DNA of 64,000 bases, from positions 124,001 through 188,000 of the forward strand of contig CDROCS010002180.1 in the NCBI GenBank assembly GCA_977020255.1, read 5' to 3'. The notes under the pieces are model-generated. The model did no database searches, was not told the origin of the DNA, and saw nothing but the letters and a program-made list of their open reading frames with translations. The position numbers and the translations under genes were made by a program. This document shows positions 1 through 13,759 of this stretch, piece by piece (within the stretch, counting starts at the first letter, position 1; the number at the start of each line of letters is the position of its first letter). Source of the stretch: Obrimoposthia wandeli (taxonomy: Eukaryota).

Positions 1-137
1 GTAATACATTCATTAACTTATAAGAGTGAACTTTAGTTTAAATTTCACATAAAATAGTGTATGTGTGTGTTAGAAACCACATTTCTTAATTGATAAGTGT
101 GAACTTTATCCTAAATTTCTATTATGGACTAGATCAC

Positions 138-410
138 AAAAAAGAAGGGTGGAGACTAAGCCACTTGACCCTTTGAATTAGTGGTTAACCAAAAAGAAGG
201 GTGGAGACTAGATCACAAAAAGAAGGGTGGAGACTAGATCACAAAAAGAAGGGTGGAGACTAAGCCAATTGACCCTTTCATAGTGGTATATCACAAAAAG
301 AAGGGTGGAGACTAAGCCAATTGACCCTTTCATAGTGATATATCACAAAAAGAAGGGTGGAGACTAAGCCACTTGACCCTTTGAATTATGGATGACCATA
401 GATTATAGCC
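138..410. repeat. Tandem array with 26/52-bp periodicity (core aaaaagaagggtggagacta)
   Basis: Core 20-mer at ~139, 191, 217, 243, 295 and 347 (spacings 52, 26, 26, 52, 52); degenerate 7th copy at 411. Confidence 0.9.
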
Positions 411-414
411 AAAG

Positions 415-621
415 GAAGGATGGAGTCTAGATCACTTGACCCCCCCACCCCTCCCCCCTAAAGGGTGTCACACCATAAGGATGTCTTGCCACACCATACG
501 GGTATATGTTGCCTCACCGGAGGTGAGGCAACATATACCCTTATGGTGTGGCAAGACATCCTTATGGTGTGACACCCTTTAGGGGGGGGTCAAGTGATCT
601 AGACTCCATCCTTCACCTACT
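415..621 (-). mobile_element. Putative Maverick/Polinton-type terminus: ~200-bp palindrome plus terminal AGTAGG
   Basis: Arms 415-518 and 522-614 around a 3-nt loop (gga); cctact at 616-621 reads AGTAGG on minus, like the 35422/37410 termini. The palindrome is certain; the Maverick assignment is inference. Confidence 0.6.
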
Positions 622-1399
622 CCTTATCAAGCCTACTCTTCCCCAACACCATCCCGACAATATATATATGTGTGTGTGTGTTTTGGTTTGACCTTAACAA
701 TACCCTTCATAATCAGGACGACTTCGGCAAGGCTCTAGACTCAATGCGGACTGACAATAAGGTGACATTGAAGACCCTCTCTAAGACGAACAACCCGATT
801 CTGAAGAAGAGACAAATGAAAACAGCACCTGAAGCTATTCTTGAGTGATTTCAGCGGGAAACCCAATTATAATTCCTGGATCCTTAGACTCACTTTACTT
901 TGGCTGGGGCCAAGATAGGGGTGTTAACTCCCTTTGAATGATGTCTAAATTGTTGAACATTTAAGAATTTCGTTCCGTTTGGGGATCTAATGCTCCTATA
1001 TCATTCTGTTAATTTTTTATTCCATTTGGATGTTTTTTCCCTGTTACTGTTCACTCAGAATCATGCGAACTTTGTTTTATAGAAGAAGGCCTTAGCGCCA
1101 TTTGAATTCATAGACTTTCTCAAGTTTGACTTTTCAATTATTAATTCACGAGCATTGATGCCTTTTTCCAATTACACTAGACTTTTTCGTGATCCTCTCA
1201 TATGTTAGTAGAAAAATAAAATTATTATTGAATATCTTTAATAAACATTGGTTTATCATCAAAGTTATTATTTCTTTAAAACTGTATTGCTTTAAAGAAT
1301 CAACAAAATCCAGCTTGGCCGAGCAACTCTCGGCTTTATACGAATAGCATTCCAATCAAAAGAACTTCAATTGACTAGTCAGAATAATACTGCTGCTGC

Positions 1400-1860
1400 C
1401 ATACCGTTATGCAAACTCATCCCCGTTCATTATTTTTATCCCAGATTAACACCGCATTTCCTTTTATCAACGGACGTTTCTCTTCAAACCACTTTTCACT
1501 CCTTGAACTCTCTTCCTTCTCGGTTGCAACCGTCTTGGTGTGTCTGATAAAAAGCAACAAAAATCTCCGGTTTCAATTACAAATTATTAGTCCACAAATT
1601 ATTAGTCCATTCTCTCTGTCGAAACCTGATCACTTCGACTGGAACCCAGGTAGATTTCTCCTTCAACTGCAATTTGCGTGTAATATTAAGACTTACATAA
1701 CTTGTGGTGCTTGTGTCATCTAAAAGAGCATTTACTCGAAGAGCTCTTCCATTACTTTCTAATATAATTGATACCGTCTGCAAAGCCACCACTCCATCCA
1801 TTTCTACTTGAGTAACGAATATTGCGTCATCATAATATTTTTGACCGACATTCATGTTCT
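1400..1860 (-). mobile_element. Bel/Pao LTR retrotransposon remnant (aspartic protease joined to DUF5641-like C-terminus)
   Basis: VNALLDDTSTTSYV (Pao protease motif) at 1577-1855; then in another frame KWFEEKRPLIKGNAVLIWDKNNERG*, resembling the Pao post-integrase domain. Confidence 0.7.
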
Positions 1861-2457
1861 CTTTGACTAGATGCGTTAACCATTTGAATTACTGCTTTTC
1901 TATACATCTTGTCATATCTATCGCCTTTATTAAGTAATTGAACTCATGACATAAGTTTCTCTACTATTCGATTTATCTCTCAATAAAGGCATTAAATATG
2001 GAACATTATCTCTCATATTCTTTAATTTTACTTCCGAAATCGGAATAGTCAACTTTTTAATTAAAATATTTGAAATTACTTTAAATTTGGTATTCATTGA
2101 AATTATTTTGATGAATTTAGAAAACACATTGAATATAAATTAGTTTTAATGAACTCAAATTGAAATTTGGTTAACATATTAAGGTCAGTATAAAGAGAAT
2201 TTCATTAGAATACAAAAATATAGAGTCCATAAATGGTACACCCAAAGTCCGAGTTGACAAATTAAAAATAATCTTCGCCAATTATAACAGTTTAACTAGG
2301 AAATATGGAACTCTGTTGACGTCGAATTTATTCTGAAACAAAAGCAGCCTGTACGGATTAGCTGCAGTAACTGCCAGATAATGTAAAACACGATACTAAA
2401 ATATTTGTGTTTGTTTTGAAATATAAACAATTTTGAAGATATGAATTGTGTAATATA

Positions 2458-4383
2458 CAGTAATACCCCGAATAGTGCGGTTAATTTGTGCCAGAATTGT
2501 CCCGTACTGTTCGGAACCGCACTGTTTGATGCATTATAGAATGGGTTTAATAGTAATTCGTTCCGAACTGAATAAATATCTATACGTACATACGATAAAA
2601 TAATGAAAAGTTATTAAATGCATTAAAAACGAGCATTAACAGAGATAATGAAACAAGATTATAATTAAATATTTATTGAAACAAAAAGAATACTGAAAGT
2701 TTTTTATTGTTTAGAAAAATATTTAAGCAAATAAGTTTGCACTGATTTCTTCTTCGTTTTTATGGCATAAAGTTCTCTGTAGCATCGAATACTTTCTTCA
2801 ACAGTGTTTCGCACTTGGATGCTGCGTTCGACTTTTGGGTCTCCATTCATAATAATTTTGGAAGTTTCATCATAAAGTGAAAATAATTTGTCCATGTCAG
2901 CAATGCTAAATTCTTTAATTTCAACTGGATCATCATTTGATTATTTTTCTTCCTCTTCTTCATATGCTCGTTGCTGATCAATTTCTACGAGAGTTTCGTC
3001 TTTGAGCTCACCAGAATGAGAGTCGATGCATTCATGCACATTAGCATTATCTACATTATTAAATCCAAGCTCTTTCCCGATCTGAACAATATTTTCTACA
3101 ACTGCTTGAACTTGAGGTTCAAAAACCCCAAAATAATTTGCGCAGCTTTTCCCTTACAGCTCTCATGTTGCTAATAGTAACTTCACGTTATTCTGAATCA
3201 ATATTTTCAATTGCAATTCTGATATTATAGTTTTTCCAAAAATCAGTTAATGAAATGGCATTTTCTCCTATAGTAATTTTAAATGCTTGAGAAAATACTT
3301 GTCTCATATAATAAGCCTTGAATGTTGCAAACACACCTTGGTCCATCGGCTGTAATAACGAAGTTGTGTTTGGCGGTAAAAATACAATTTTAACATTGTT
3401 ATTTAAATCCCAAAGTGCAGGTGAATGTCCTGGTGTGTTGTCTAATAACAAAATAATTTTAAATTCAATGTCATTTTCTTTACAAGATCGTTCAATTGTG
3501 GGACAAAAATAATTTGTGAACCAGTCTTCAAATAAATCTCTCGTAACCCATGCCTTTCGATTTGATTGCCAAAATACTGGGAGAGTATTTTTGGCATTGC
3601 CTTTTAAAGCTCTTGGATTGTTTGCCTATTAAACAAGCTTAAGCTTCAATTTAAATTCATCAGACGCATTGCCACCTAACAAAAGAGTCAGACGATCTTT
3701 TGTAATTTTATACCGGGGTTGTGGTTCTTCTTTTTCAGCTAAATATGTTCGAGCAGGCATTTTCTTCTAAAACAATCCTGTTTTATTCACATTAAATATT
3801 TGATGATCACTTTAATTACCATCTTCAATAATTTTTTATAATTCATCAGGATATTTTGCGGCTGCTTTTACATCAGCACTAGAAATTTCACCAACAATAC
3901 TAACCTTACGAATTTTTGTACGTTCTTTAAAGCGATTGAAAGCTGATCGCATTTAAAGATTTTTCTTCATTTGTATCTTCATTTGTAGTCGCAGAGGTAT
4001 CCCCTTCATTTTGAGTAGTAACTGTGCTAAAAAGACTGTGTTTTTCTTGAATAATAAGTTGACTGAGTGGAATTCGTTTTTCATTAAAATCTTCAATCCA
4101 CATTAATAAAAGTCGCTCCATTTTCAACATGTTTTTGTCTCTATTTTTTGCAATTGTTTTTGACATGTATGATGCAGTAGCAATTCCATGATCTTTATAT
4201 TGTTGTTTTTTCTTTACAAGGGCACACACAGATAACTCATTTATTTTATAATCGCGTGCAAATTTAGCCAATGGTGCATCATATTCATGACACTTTCTAA
4301 CATCAAAATTTATTTTCTAATGTTAGCCACTGTCAATTTTTTGGGCCAACATTGTCTGTGCTTCCTTTTGTTTGACTTGACAT
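2458..4383 (-). mobile_element. Tigger/pogo DNA transposon with disrupted transposase (HTH + DDE_1); one TIR
   Basis: ATG at 4383; CENP-B-type HTH (MERLLLMWIED); DDE_1 motifs LLDNTPGH and FLPPNTTSLLQPMDQG; C-terminal DPKVERS; TA|CAGTAATACCCCG TIR start at 2458; stops and frameshifts present; second TIR not found. Confidence 0.9.
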
Positions 4384-5809
4384 TTCAATACAATCTGTTT
4401 TAATAATAGTATTCTGCAATATTTACTCGGAAAAATATCACATAAAAGAATAATTTCTAAAATGTGAGTTTTAAGAATATTAAATAGATCTTGAAATCAA
4501 TATTGATATTTTTAAAGGATTAAATATAGTTTTATTCTATATATTATTTATTTACTAATATTTTACGAAATCCGCACTTTTGTTAAACCTACACTGTTTA
4601 AAACCTCACTGTGTTTAAATAAAAATAAAAATTTTCATATTTTTTGTTGTAGTTTAATTTTTATATTTTTTGTTTTAGTTTAATTTGAATAATTTGGAAA
4701 CAATAAATATTTTTGTGTTTCTACATTTATATTTATTAGTTATTTCATATTAGATTTTTAAATTTGTTTATTAATATTGTTTTTTAAACTATATATTAGT
4801 AACATAAATAGTATTTATTAAAATCACATGTTAATGAATTTAAATTATTATATGATTTCTCTCAAAACAGTATCTTTGAAGGTTTATCAAATTGTCCAAA
4901 AATATATATATTTAAATATCAAAACATAAAACGAACTAAATACGATTTATAAAAATAAAAAATGCAATTTAAATATGAACATGCAATTATTTGTTAAATT
5001 GATACATTTCACAAAATTTTATTGTAATTAAATGATATCAATATTATTGTGTAATGTCAATAAAAAAATTTAAATATGTTAATAATATAGTAGTCGACAA
5101 AATGTTTGCCACACCTTATGTTTTCAGTAAAATTTTATTATGTTAGGGTTATGTAACCTTTATTTATATAAGATAAATATTTTAATTATCTAAAATTAAT
5201 AAATACATTTTTAAATTGGATAAAATAAAATGGTATTTACATATTTTAAGTATACATTCCCAGTATTTGGAATGAATAATAACAGATTATTTATATTTTC
5301 ATTAAATTTTAACGCCTTGAAATGTTTAAATACTCTTGGGAATTATAGTTTTAAAATATATTTTCTCATTAACATCAATTTTTGTACATTTTGACTTTTT
5401 AAAATAATATTATTATTAATGCCATTAATTTTATCCATTATTGATATTGTAATCCTCTTTAATTGACAACCATGTTATTATTATTCATTAATTTTCTATC
5501 GCAACATATTTCCATTTTCAATATTTTTGCATAAAATAAGTGACATAAATAAGTGTACATTTTACTAATTCACTAATTTAAGATAAAATAATTTTAAGAA
5601 ATAATCAAAGGAGTATATTAAATGCACTTCAAAATGAATTCAATACAAATCTAATATTAGAAAGACTAATAAGACGTATGTTAAGGAATATGTCCAAAAC
5701 CTAAAGAAAAAAGTCAAACATGTTGTAAGAAATGTGGATTTTGATGTCTATTAACATGATTATGTTTAAATACATACAGTGGCAATATAAAAGATGATCT
5801 GGCAAATAA

Positions 5810-6056
5810 CAACATTCTTAATTTCCAATAGCCATCTAATAATTCGGATCTTAACCTCATCAAGAATTTATGGAGAACTTTATGTTCCTTGGTATATTGA
5901 AATATTTAATATTAAAAAAATAAAGCTGCTTTAACTTCAGTCATCATAGAAAACTAGTCAAATATACCTCTAAGGATCTTGAAAGCACTGTGTAATAGTA
6001 TGCATCATAGATTGTTCGCTGTTATCAAAAATAAAGATAAATTTACAAAATATTAG
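5810..6056 (+). mobile_element. Tc1/mariner transposase C-terminal fragment
   Basis: *PSNNSDLNLIKNLW (WPSxSPDLNPIENLW-like) and SMHHRLFAVIKNKDKFTKY* (Tc1 C-terminus). Confidence 0.75.
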
Positions 6057-7186
6057 CATATATAATACTTAGTTTTTTTTGTATAATTAGATAATAATAG
6101 TTGCATCCAGAGTCTTTTATTGTTTTTTTTCATTGTGAGTAAATGTGCCAATATTTTATGTTACATTTAATTTCAATAGTATTTATAAAGGTATTTGTAT
6201 TTAATTAGAACTACAATCATTATGATGTATTTCTTTATTAAATTAAAGCATCAGACAAAAATGAATAAAAAATTATTCAAAAGTTATAAATAAAAGGATC
6301 TTTCAAAATAAGTATTTGTTCAAATTTTAATCTTACAAACTGCATAATCCTACTGTATTCTTGGTTCACAGTCAATGACACTAAAATATAAATTGTTTTT
6401 TATTTTTATTGAAAAAATAACTTTTAATAAAATATTTCTTTGAAACATATTTTTTCTAATTATAGTCATATTTTTTATAATTAGCTAAAGTATTATTTGA
6501 TATTTTAAATGGTAGGATTTCCATGTTATAAACCCATAGATTATTAAAAATTCACTTCGAATAAATATTTTGTTAAGAGGTTTCACGTTTAATTTTAAGT
6601 ACACAAACAATTTTGAATATTTAGAGGTGAATCCTAAAGAATAAATTTCAAAATTTATAGTGGTAAATAATAATGAAAATAAATGGGGAAAAAGTCAGTA
6701 TATGTGTTTATGTATTTTTTAATTAAATGAAATATAAAATTGCTTTATATATTTAAATATAGAAGACATTTTATTTATAATTTAAAATAAACTTTTTCAT
6801 TTTAAATGATAATCAAAATAATGATTTTGATTAATTTTATTTTTATATTTTTAAAGTAAGAAAATGAATTTTAATATCCTTTTAAATACTATAAAAACTA
6901 TTAAATACTGCATAAACTATTATATGAAATGAATCCATATTCTCAGAAGTAATAATCTAGTATTTCAAATTTCAGCTGCATTTAATTCATACATTTTTGT
7001 GCATTGTATATAATATAAGAAAATTTAAAATACTATTTATACAAATTAATTTAATAATTCATAAACTTTTAAGTATTGCGCTAAGGTTGATTATATTTTT
7101 AATTAGTTATTACAATGGAAACAAAATTAGATTTATTAAAAGATGTAATTTTTTGACATTTTGCTGTATTTCATTCATCATTTTAG

Positions 7187-7315
7187 ATAGCATTTTTAGC
7201 CTTTCTTGATGGAAATGAATCGGGCAAAGATGCACTTAAATTATTCACCGGATTAAAAATATTTGGTAAAACAATGAACATGATATCTCATCAAAAAGAA
7301 AAAGAAATTCTCCGT
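7187..7315 (+). CDS. Possible isolated exon encoding an RRM-like C-terminal half
   Basis: ttttag acceptor, 129-nt open phase-0 segment IAFLAFLDGNESGKDALKLFTGLKIFGKTMNM..., gtgagt donor. It is AT-rich, unlike the other host exons here, and no partner exons were found. Confidence 0.3.
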
Positions 7316-7859
7316 GTGAGTTAACCGAAATTTTATTTTAATGAAACATTTACTGGATAGTTGTGTATAACCAAACGGCAAATATAGATTGAGTACTTCA
7401 ACTTCTATAGTTTGCTGGGCAATCCTAATTTAGAATATTAGACGCATTATTTTAACTATCTTCAAAGTAGTTTTCTATAGGTTCTGATAGAAAATTGAAT
7501 GTTTTAATTTCATTCTGTACTGTCAGTTTGTTTTTCATCTTCATATAAATTTTTATTTTTTATTGATGTAAGCTGGGTTTAAGCTATCAATTGAAATTGT
7601 GTCTATTTGATGGTTAATGTAGACTACAAATTATATATTATATAAAATATATTTAAAAACATCTGAAATGCATTTGACATTTATTAAACTAACTCATTAG
7701 ATTAAGCAATACACGCTTTGATATTTATCAACATGAATATGGTAAATTTTTATTAACTGTCTCAATGTCAAAGAATGAATTTATTGGCTGTTGAGATTTA
7801 TGTACGTTTCCACATTTGAAACAAGTATAGTTAATTTCGCAAATCCTAAATATATGTAA

Positions 7860-8285
7860 GAGCCACTTGGAGACCCAGGCCAGGTAATATATGTGGCCCC
7901 CTTTATACTGAAAAAAAATTGTATGTTGTACTCAAGGCTTATTATTGTTTTAAAATTTTCTTATATAACGTACCGCAAAATTTTATATGTAAGAAAGTTT
8001 TGCAGATTTTGAGTTCTAAACGTAAAATTTATCAAATCAAATTTGTGTCAGCAGTTAGTTGTTCAATGAAAAAAAAATATTTGAGGCAAGTGAAAGTAGA
8101 ATTACGCCAAAAATTAGGGCCTCATAGTTGTATTAGATTTTATTATAAGGATATTTTTTGTTGCTCTATGTAAAAGTATTAAATAATTTTTTTAAAAGGT
8201 TTGCATAGTTTGCTATAAAATTTTTATCTAAATTTTGGAGGCCCCATGTCAAACGACCCATTGCTCCCCTTCTTCCAGGGCCTGT
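7860..8285. mobile_element. Possible truncated hAT-type MITE
   Basis: GC-rich ggagacccaggcc/ggcccc motifs at the left, ggaggcccc...cagggcctg at the right, AT-rich interior; left TIR and TSD not found. Confidence 0.3.
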
Positions 8286-8988
8286 ATATATATATAAGCA
8301 TAAATCGGTCTTTAGTGTTTTCTAAAGCGTGAACGTCAAAACCAATGATCAGTGTATATTGTAACTAATCTTCAACATAATTCCGGATTTATTTCACTTC
8401 ATCAAAAATTTAGATAAAATCTCAGTCAAATTTTCCGAAAATGCACTCAGCAAGACTTATTTTCCTTGTTAAAATTACTGCTGGATATCATTAATTGATC
8501 AGAATAAAACTGGTATAAAAACTGGTATAAAAACCGCTTTCAATTTACGACCTCGTTCTTGAAGGTGAATTATTTGAATTTCTGAAATAGGTATTGTCAA
8601 AGTCGCAGTTTGAATAATTATATTTATTTTATTCCAAATATTTAAACAAAACGGTTTCATTTGTAATTTGAAATTAAATCAACTTTTCTGCTATTTCCAA
8701 GGTCACCACAGATCCCCTCCCAGTGTATTAATACACGAATAAATGTGGTTAATTTGGCGATGCGAGGAAGCTGATATAAGTTAAGGAATCAACAATCATT
8801 GACTGGTCATTTCGATTCTCCTGGTATAACGGTTCAGTACAGTCAGAAACTCCATTAACATCTTCAAGGTTATCCATGTCGTCTAGAAAAGCGGGCTTGA
8901 GTCGATCTATGGACACCGTGTCTGTTCGGCCATTGATGTCTAAAACATAAAACTTCGGACTTCTACTTATAACTTTGTATAGACCTAC

Positions 8989-9573
8989 CTATGGGCATTG
9001 TAACGAACTGCGAACACATTCTACTCGAATGAAAACGTAACGTGAACTAGCCAGTTGTTTAGGAATACTCACATTTGTTTTGACGTTGTGCGCAACCGGT
9101 GCCGCTCTCAATTTCGTAATATGTATTTTTAATTGTTGGAAGAAGATGGAGGAATTGTTTTGCTCAATTTGACTTGGTGAATATTGGAAATATTCTCCTA
9201 GTAATTTCAGGATAGCTCCGTATACCAATTCAGCTGAGGAGAATTCCAAATCCACTCTCGGTGCTGATCTAATGCCTAACAACACGATTGGTAGTTCATC
9301 TACCCAATTTTCGTCAGAGAGACAAGCCTTTAAGGATGTTTTTAACTGACGGTCATATCTTTCTTCCATCCCATTGGCTTGTGGATGATACGAGGTAGTA
9401 CGTGATTTCGTGCAGCCGAGTAGAGTGTTGAGTTTTGACCATAAATCAGATTCGAATTGTCGTCCACGATCGATGACAATTGACTTAGGTACGCCAAAGC
9501 AAGAAACCCAACCTGATAGTAATATTCTTACACAGGTTTTTGCCGTCGCATCTGGTAGTGGTATGACTTCCAC
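8989..9573 (-). pseudogene. Gypsy integrase core (rve)
   Basis: FGVPKSIVIDRGRQFES, RTTSYHPQANGMEER, LPIVLLGIRS. Confidence 0.9.
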
Positions 9574-10069
9574 CCAGCGTGTAAATCTGTCAATTATAGT
9601 GAATATATAACGGTTACCTTGTGAATACGGTATTGGTCCTACTAAATCGACATGTAGATCTTGATATCGTCCTTATGGGAGAGAAAAGTTGTTAAAACCA
9701 CTCCGGGTATGTCGGTGTACCTTTGTAGTTTGGTATTGTAAACATTTCTTAACCCAATCTCCGACATCTGTGTTCATACCATCCCATACAAATCGACTTG
9801 AAATGAGCTTTCGAACTCCTGGGTGTGATAGGCTGTGCAAACTGTCAAATATCTGTCCTCTCCTAGATTTAGGGATCACCGGTCGCGAACGCCGCGTACT
9901 TATATTGCATGTGACTGTAGATTAGGATCCAATAATCGGGATATCTGTTAAAACTAAACCACTGTCTGGATGTAACTGACTCGTATTATTTGACGCACAG
10001 TCGGGCTTTCTACTTGAGGATGTCTAAGTGCAACTAATTCGGCTAGGGCTGTCTTAGATCTATTGAAGG

Positions 10070-10845
10070 CTAGTTCACATTCAGGACTGCACTGGAAGTC
10101 TTTCTTGGCTTTCTTAAGACCATATGATAGTGGTGAAAGAATGTCGACAGCATTACGAATAAATCTGTGTTAAAATTGATCATACCAAGATATTCCCGTA
10201 ATTGGCGCTGTGATTGTGGTCTAAGAAACTTTTTTATAGCACGTATTCTCTTTGTAGGCGGAAGAATCCATGTTGCATCGATAAGATGCCCGAGAAAGGT
10301 GATAAATATTTTTCCAAATTCGCATTTTGCTTTGTTTATTATCAGACTATTATCGTTGAGTCGGCCAAACAGCTTCTTAATATGATTGACATGGTCTTCC
10401 TCAGATTGACTAAATACTAATATGTCGTCCAAATAGACGTAAACAAAATCCAGGCCATGACAAACCTTATCCATCAGTCTCTGAAATGTTTGTCCTGCGT
10501 TCCGGAATCCAAATGGCATCCTCAAATACTCGAACATCCCAAATGGTGTTGTTATAGCCGTTTTAGAAATGTCGTTCGGAGCAATAGGAATTTGATGATA
10601 TCCTCTGATAAGATCGATTTTCGCAAAAAACTTCATCCCGGCTAGCTTCTGGTTGCAATCTTGAATATGAGGAATGGTATATATATCGGGAGTAGTAGCT
10701 TGGTTCAGATCGCGGTAGTCTCCACATGGTCTCCATTCCGTTTTTTTAGATTTCGGAACCATATGAAGAGCTGATGCCCAAGGACTGTTAACACTTGGAG
10801 TTATTCCTGTCTCTAGCATATAATCAAATTCCTTAATTGTTTCTG
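10070..10845 (-). pseudogene. Gypsy reverse transcriptase
   Basis: [61 protein letters not shown]. Confidence 0.95.
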
Positions 10846-10859
10846 GTTGCATCATTTTG

Positions 10860-12013
10860 TCTTGGTTATCCGTCGCTGTTTTGACATTTCTTCGATTGCA
10901 GTTTTTCCGATAATCAACTGTACTTGTTTGCCTTGTATCACTAGCTCTCCGAATCCATCCTAGGCTGACAAATATGTTTTATGTCCTTCTTTGTATTCGA
11001 TTATCACTCTCTTACTTCAATACTTTCGGGTTTTCTATGACATCTCCGTCGAATATATACGTTGTACCTTTTGTATCCATTTCTTTTTGTATCTTTTTCG
11101 TTAATTCGGATATTTTTGTTCACATCCTGCAAACGTTTATGATATTTTATCGAGTGTGCATTGTCGGTCAGCTTCGTAGTCCATTCAGAATAGACCCAGT
11201 TGTTTGTTTCACGTGTAATATATCGCTTCGCTTACTATGTTATCCAATATCCTTCTGTCTAGACAAATAAGTACTTCCACCGTTGGTCCATTTGGTCTTT
11301 TCATTTTCACATACTGGAATCGTTCTGTGCCATTTTTTATGAGTCGAAATAATTCAACAATTCCAATAATATTTCGGACTTCAACGTTAAAATAAGTTAA
11401 ACAATACTTCGCACTCGCATTGTTATAACAACTCAAATAATTTAGTACCCTTATCCCTCCGCTACTGTCGTCTAGAATCCTCTGTACTGTTGCTTAGGTT
11501 TTGTTGAAGTTCTGGTTCAGGATTTCTGTAAATGGAGAATCAATTTCGATTCTTAATTATAGTGACTTACCGTGGAAACTGGTTGGATGCAGGCTGACGA
11601 GACACGAGTTAACTAATGAAGTTTCTCCGCTGCTGAGACACGAATTGACTAATGGATTTTCTCCTAGCGTCGGGATGTTTCGACAGGTGCTAATTTTCCA
11701 CAACTAATTGATTGTTGGGTTTGTAATTTGAGTTTCGACTCGCGGCTTTCACCAGCTGCTAATTCCCACAACACAAATTTCTTTTTTCAATTAATTACAT
11801 TTTTTCTTGTTTTTGCTTAACTAAAACTTTAATTATCTTATATAGTTTTCCCCATGACCTTCCAAGGTCCTCCTAATTCATTTAATTTATCATTTCAATT
11901 CCAAAATTAACTTATTTTTTTAATTTTATTTTGACCTTTAAGTCAAGGGTTTAAAATTCTAGTTTAAATAATTATTATTTTTTACTTTATTTCTTAATTT
12001 CCTAATTCTAACA
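10860..12013 (-). mobile_element. LTR-family sequence (5' part of a long LTR) with ORF-like remnants
   Basis: Begins TGTTAGAATTAGG at 12013 on minus; shares the gacc..caaggtcc..aatt block and cagctg..ttcccaca motif with the solo LTR at 25273-26769. Confidence 0.5.
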
Positions 12014-12039
12014 CTTATAAATTTTAGTAAGCCGAAGTT

Positions 12040-12800
12040 TATTGAAAAGTTAAGGAGTATTATGGGTCTTGTGAATTCTTACCGAAAGTTATAAACCGTT
12101 ATTCGAAATGCCAGTAGAGATTAGAAAATTTATAAACTAATAAAATTTAAGATGCTTGTTGGGACAATTGATTAGAAATATGCCTTTGTAGAATTAAATG
12201 CGAAATTATCTGAAGCTCATCTGTTGGCATTCCCAGATTATACGAAGCTATTTATCATTGTTACATATGGAAGTTTGAATCGACTAGAAGCTGTATTGTC
12301 ACAATTATATTAGAAAATAATAAAGAAAGAGTTGCTTATGGATCTTATGCTATGTCAGAACAAATCACAAAGCAATTTATGATTAAAAACAAAGACGTCA
12401 ATAATTGTACAATTCCAGAGATGGATAAATTATTTAAGTAGTCTGGATATAGAATTCCATTATCAGAAAGGAGAAAGCCACATAAATGCTGATTCATTAT
12501 CAAGGAGTGAATGTTTAACGTGTGTTCAATGTCAGACAATTCATCCAGAAAATAAGAATATTGGGTTTAGTAGCAGAAGATGGAGGTGAACTATGAAACA
12601 AGATAATTATTCAAATAAAGAATAGAATCAGAAGGATTAGATGATTTTGAGATTGAAAGAGAGAAAAATAAGATTACCAGAAAAGAGCAATAATTAATTT
12701 ATTTGGAAATATCATCAAGATTGTGTCATGTGGGTAGTAAATATTTAAAAACCATTTATATTTGAAAAAAGAGAAATTCAATAAAAAAGCAATCGAAAGC
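12040..12800 (+). mobile_element. Degraded Gypsy RT-RNase H fragment
   Basis: LAFPDYTKLFIIVTYGSLNRLEAVLSQ (PDxxKPFILxTDAS...GAVLSQ-like) and HINADSLSR. Confidence 0.7.
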
Positions 12801-13759
12801 AGTCAAGGTTTTCAAATTAAAAACATATACAGATCAAACTTAGAAAAACTTTATAAGACTCATAATATTAATATGTTTTGTCGATATTTGTGTACAAAAT
12901 ACTTCTCACGAACCAGTACACTCATTAAATGTTTATTTTTTCAAGAACGGTTATCCTTAATCCTTCATTCGTATGTTTTTCATGTAGACGTGATTAACAC
13001 ATTAACTACCGAGCCTAGAAAAATGACAGAAATAAAACGACTTTCTGCTGTAATTTATTTAGACCAAACTGGAAATATTTGCCAAATATGATAACTGAAT
13101 TTCTGATGTAGTTATAGGCACGTACAGATTAAAACAAAACTGAAAAAATCAACAAACAGTTATTTATGTAGTGTTGCGAAAACGCAACATTGGCGGTAAA
13201 TGGGTTAAGAGACCAAATCCTGAGAATCCAGTGTACTCTAAGATCAAATCCATAAAACCCTTACGGAAAAAAAAATCTACGGATAAAATTACTATTGATA
13301 CTATAAAAGCCAAACGTGAGTTTTATTTTACTGTTAAATCTTTAACCAAGGATTTAAAACTAAACAAGGTCTAATATTACACCAGAAACCTAAAGTCTAC
13401 TGCGAAAAGTGTGGTTAAGGGTTTGAAACAATAATTGAATGATAATTTGAAACCTTTGATTTAGTCATAATTTGGGAAAATAATTCAAAATTATATGACT
13501 ATTGAATAATTGTTATGGAATATCCGAATTCTGCTATGAGAAAGAGTTCACTTAATAATCCGCGCCGAAATGAGTGAAAAGAACGATGATTACAATTGTG
13601 GAATTTGTGCAAATTCAGTTAGTTAGTTATAAAAATATACATTTAAATAGTAATATTCATGCAAGAAAAAATTGATTACAAAAAATAATAAAAATAATGA
13701 GTGTTTTGATACAGAGGGTAAATAGATAAGACATCTTTATTGATTTAAACTTTAAATTT

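Larger units (their letters stand above)
8330..10845 (-). mobile_element. 5'-truncated Ty3/Gypsy element (RT, integrase, PPT, 3' LTR)
   Basis: RT and integrase ORFs listed below; PPT gggaggggatc (8711-8721) followed by TGTGGTGACC starting at 8710. The LTR far end is approximate. Confidence 0.85.

Noticed and set aside
415-614. Endogenous parvovirus/densovirus ITR or chromosome telomere
   Set aside because: No NS1/Rep or capsid remnants and no telomeric repeats in the window; an AGTAGG Maverick-like end fits better.
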